Of a stretch of DNA of 32,000 bases, positions 29,507-32,000 are shown in pieces. The translations under genes and the position numbers were made by a program. This DNA is from Zymomonas mobilis subsp. mobilis ATCC 10988 (GTDB lineage Bacteria; Pseudomonadota; Alphaproteobacteria; Sphingomonadales; Sphingomonadaceae). Location of the stretch: contig NC_017262.1 of NCBI RefSeq assembly GCF_000175255.2, positions 1,620,001-1,652,000 of the forward strand. Reading direction: 5' to 3'. The notes beneath the pieces are model-generated. The model saw only the letters and a list, made by a program, of their open reading frames with translations, was not told the DNA's origin and did no database searches. The stretch's first letter is position 1, and every line of letters starts with the position of its first letter.

Positions 29507-30178
29507 AACGTGGAAGATTTCATTCTGGCAAAATCAAAACGCTGTTTTTGTAAGGCTGTGGCTGCCGCGTTTCTATCGACAGGTCTCTGTCTGTCCGCTT
29601 TTCCGGCAATAGCGGCTCCGGCTAGTGATGCCTCTTCCACAGTTTTTCCTCAGATACAAAAACATCTGCGGGAAGTCTCAACGATGACCGCCCATTTCGT
29701 TCAGGTCGATCGAAATGGTCAGGCTTTGGATGGCAGTTTGACCTTAAAAAAACCGGGTTTAATCCGTTTCCAATATCAAAAAGATGTGCCTTTGCTGGTG
29801 GTTGGGGATGGCAAAGCCTTGGTGATGATAGATTATTCAGTGAGACAGGTTTCTCGCTGGCCGATCGGGGACTCGCCCCTTTCTATCCTGATTGATCCTT
29901 CCAAAGATATCGCAAGCTATGCAACTTTGACCTCGGATGATGGCAAAAATATTGTCATCACCGGACATGATCCGAAGCATCCCGATTTTGGCACGATCGC
30001 TATCAATTTTCAGCGGGACAAATCTGCCCCCGCGCAGTTAATGCTGATGGGATGGACGGTTATTGATGCCCAGAATAACCGATCTCAAATCATTCTGTCC
30101 GAGCAGAAATTTAATCAGCCGGTTTCAAACAATATGTTCCGCTGGAATGACCCGCGCGGTAATAATGGCCCTCGTTAA
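29507..30178 (+). CDS. lolA: Outer-membrane lipoprotein carrier protein LolA family
   Basis: Signal peptide-like N-terminus then 'VSTMTAHFVQVDRNGQALDGSLTLKKPGLIRFQYQKDVPLLVVGDGKALVMIDYSVRQVSRWPIG'; likely GTG start at 29507 (ORF track opens at 29489). Confidence 0.9.
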   Translation, partial: NVEDFILAKSKRCFCKAVAAAFLSTGLCLSAFPAIAAPASDASSTVFPQIQKHLREVSTMTAHFVQVDRNGQALDGSLTLKKPGLIRFQYQKDVPLLVVGDGKALVMIDYSVRQVSRWPIGDSPLSILIDPSKDIASYATLTSDDGKNIVITGHDPKHPDFGTIAINFQRDKSAPAQLMLMGWTVIDAQNNRSQIILSEQKFNQPVSNNMFRWNDPRGNNGPR

Positions 30179-30183
30179 GGGGG

Positions 30184-30612
30184 CTATCTTTTAAAGAGAA
30201 AAGAATAGGTTCTCCGAATATCATTTCTGATTTTGGATAGGCCGTTTACGACCGCATTGACGGGGGCTGAAATAAGGCCTTTTCTGTGCTGATTAACAAC
30301 GGGTTTCATCGCGTAGTTTTCCTGTATCCTGTCAGAATGAACCGTTTGGGGCACCAATTGAAAATCCCTGAACAAGAAAGCATGTAACTTGTCTTTCAGG
30401 ATTTTAAATTCCCTGTTGTTTTCAAGATCAAAGAAATTACCGAAATGGCCATATAATTTTTTAATATTGTGGCGGGTATGATTGGGCTCTTTCTCAATTT
30501 TATTGGCCAGATGATAAAGAATTCTACCCCGACAATAGTCTTTATTCTCGATAAGAATATCGACCATATTCAAAAGTATATTTTTTATTTCGGTCGTGGT
30601 TTTTATTTTCAT
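30184..30612 (-). CDS. Hypothetical protein
   Basis: 142 aa ORF 'MKIKTTTEIKNILLNMVDILIENKDYCRGRILYHLANKIEKEP...'; no family recognised; extends into an AT-rich segment. Confidence 0.45.
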   Translation of the reverse strand: MKIKTTTEIKNILLNMVDILIENKDYCRGRILYHLANKIEKEPNHTRHNIKKLYGHFGNFFDLENNREFKILKDKLHAFLFRDFQLVPQTVHSDRIQENYAMKPVVNQHRKGLISAPVNAVVNGLSKIRNDIRRTYSFLFKR

Positions 30613-31018
30613 ATTTTTCCCATTTATTTTTTATCCATAAAAATATTCATGTTTTTATTTAAAAATAAACATTATTTTTCAAATAGTAAAAATATAATAA
30701 AATTATTTCATTTTCGTTTATTTTTTAAAAATAAATATATTTAATATGAAAATTGACCATCCTCAAACCCTGTTCTTGTATTTTGCCACTTTTAATACAT
30801 GAATCCAAGCCTCTTTATTAGTTTATTAAAACTTGTCTGTGATTATTTATATTTTTGAAATTAGAAATCTTATTTCAAGATATTTTTATATTATTTTTGC
30901 GTAAAAATTTAAAGGACATATATTAACGGCAAATTTGCTACAAATTTAAATAAAAAAATGTATTTTATTCATCTTAGTGACAGCTTCAAAGGTGTAATGA
31001 TTTTTTCGTGGCTAAATA

Positions 31019-31123
31019 TGCTGGCAGAATTTTCCCCCCTGTTGTCTGTCAGCTCAAGCCATCTCGCGTGACCAAATATAGGTCAGCCCTCGCTTCACGC
31101 CCCCGAAGCGAGGGCCTTTTTTT
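31019..31123 (+). ncRNA. Candidate intergenic small RNA with C-rich loops, ending in a strong terminator
   Basis: Hairpin GCTGGCAGA(31020-31028)/TCTGTCAGC(31045-31053) with a loop containing CCCCCC; TGACC/GGTCA hairpin (31069-31085); GCCCTCGCTTC/GAAGCGAGGGC terminator hairpin with loop acgccccc. No CDS ends upstream on this strand after 30178. The 5' end is not known. Confidence 0.55.
31086..31123 (+). terminator. Very strong Rho-independent terminator with no upstream CDS
   Basis: gccctcgcttc-acgccccc-gaagcgagggc, perfect 11-bp stem, then c and ttttttt. Confidence 0.93.
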
Positions 31124-31268
31124 ATCTTGTTAACAGGGATGTCTGAATATCCGCTTGCTAGGCAGGTATTTCCTATGCTTAACTCATGACCTTTTTAGCT
31201 AGATACTTGCAGGGAAAGGCCATTTTCTCCGTAAAATGGTATTCTTGCGGGTTGTTTATCGGTCATAA

Positions 31269-32000
31269 ATGGCAGGAAATATTTTGCGTATTGTCTCATG
31301 GAATATCAATTCAGTGCGCGCCCGATTGGCGCATGTTGAACGTTTCTTAAAAGAAGAGCAGCCGGATATTCTCTGTTTGCAAGAAACCAAGGCTACAAAC
31401 GGCGTTTTCCCTTCCCGTTTTTTCTATGATCTTGGCTATATTCATCAGGCTGTCCACGGTCAGCCCGGTTATAATGGCGTTGCCATTCTCAGCCGAATTG
31501 CTTTTTCTCCCGCAGAAATTACCAGCCATGATTGGCAAAATAATCAGGAAGCCCGCCATATCGGCATTACCTTGGAAAACGGGGTGCGGCTGGAAAATGT
31601 CTATATTCCGGCAGGGGGTGATATCCCTGATCGCGATCTTAACCCTAAATTCGGCCAGAAGCTCGATTTTATCAGCCGAATGATTGAATGGTCATCGCAT
31701 TTGGAACAGCCGACTATTCTGGTTGGGGATTTTAATATTGCTCCGCTGGAATCCGATGTCTGGAGCCATAAACAGCTTTTAAAAGTCGTCAGCCATACCC
31801 CGATAGAAGTCGATCATCTTTCTCGCCTGCAAGCCAGTCACAACTGGATTGATCTGGGTCGTCATTTTTATCCAGCACCGGAACGCTTATATACATGGTG
31901 GAGCTATCGCTCGAAAGACTGGACAAAGTCGGATCGGGGGCGACGTCTCGATCACATGTGGGCAAGTCCCAGCCTCGTCGATCATTTGGTCGGTCACAAG
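31269..32000 (+). CDS. xthA: Exodeoxyribonuclease III, partial (runs off the right edge)
   Basis: ATG at 31269: MAGNILRIVSWNINSVRARLAHVERFLKEEQPDILCLQETKATNG...YNGVAILSR...LENVYIPAGGD...ILVGDFNIAP...RRLDHMWASPSL; not in the ORF track because it has no stop in the window. Confidence 0.95.
   Translation, partial: MAGNILRIVSWNINSVRARLAHVERFLKEEQPDILCLQETKATNGVFPSRFFYDLGYIHQAVHGQPGYNGVAILSRIAFSPAEITSHDWQNNQEARHIGITLENGVRLENVYIPAGGDIPDRDLNPKFGQKLDFISRMIEWSSHLEQPTILVGDFNIAPLESDVWSHKQLLKVVSHTPIEVDHLSRLQASHNWIDLGRHFYPAPERLYTWWSYRSKDWTKSDRGRRLDHMWASPSLVDHLVGHK

Noticed and set aside
1-32000. Search for CRISPR arrays, tRNA/rRNA genes, toxin-antitoxin, phage or defence cassettes
   Set aside because: Reading both strands showed no direct-repeat/spacer pattern, no tRNA-like cloverleaf that I could confirm, and no recognisable defence or phage proteins. 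tRNAscan-SE and DefenseFinder would be decisive but could not be run.

Overview
This 32 kb window looks like ordinary chromosomal core DNA from a sphingomonad-like alphaproteobacterium, most probably Zymomonas mobilis. That assignment rests on protein-level recognition (fructokinase, PdxJ/AcpS/LepB and others) and was not checked by a search. It encodes an OxyR-type regulator divergent from a peroxiredoxin; a serine acetyltransferase with a DUF2794-like gene; an intact-looking IS5-family element; an aminotransferase; ClpS; MurA; a PgeF/YfiH-type protein; a glutathione-dependent formaldehyde dehydrogenase; a glyoxalase-fold protein; RpoZ; fructokinase; a TonB-ExbB-ExbD-ExbD cluster; S21; an FKBP; a pyrE-pdxJ-acpS-lepB-permease operon; a thioredoxin-like protein with a Lon-substrate-binding-domain protein; a UbiH-family hydroxylase; FtsK; LolA; and the 5' part of exonuclease III. 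I see no CRISPR, phage, toxin-antitoxin or defence system. The best candidate for something undescribed is a structured intergenic RNA at about 31,019-31,123. It has a 9-bp hairpin with a C6-containing loop, a small hairpin, and a very strong orphan terminator hairpin with a C5 loop, with no upstream CDS to own it. Other points of interest are an IS insertion at a stop codon that preserves the stop, an A_AAG_GGG frameshift site in the IS, a structured tonB leader, hairpins between exbB and exbD, and a 20-bp perfect dyad upstream of frk.
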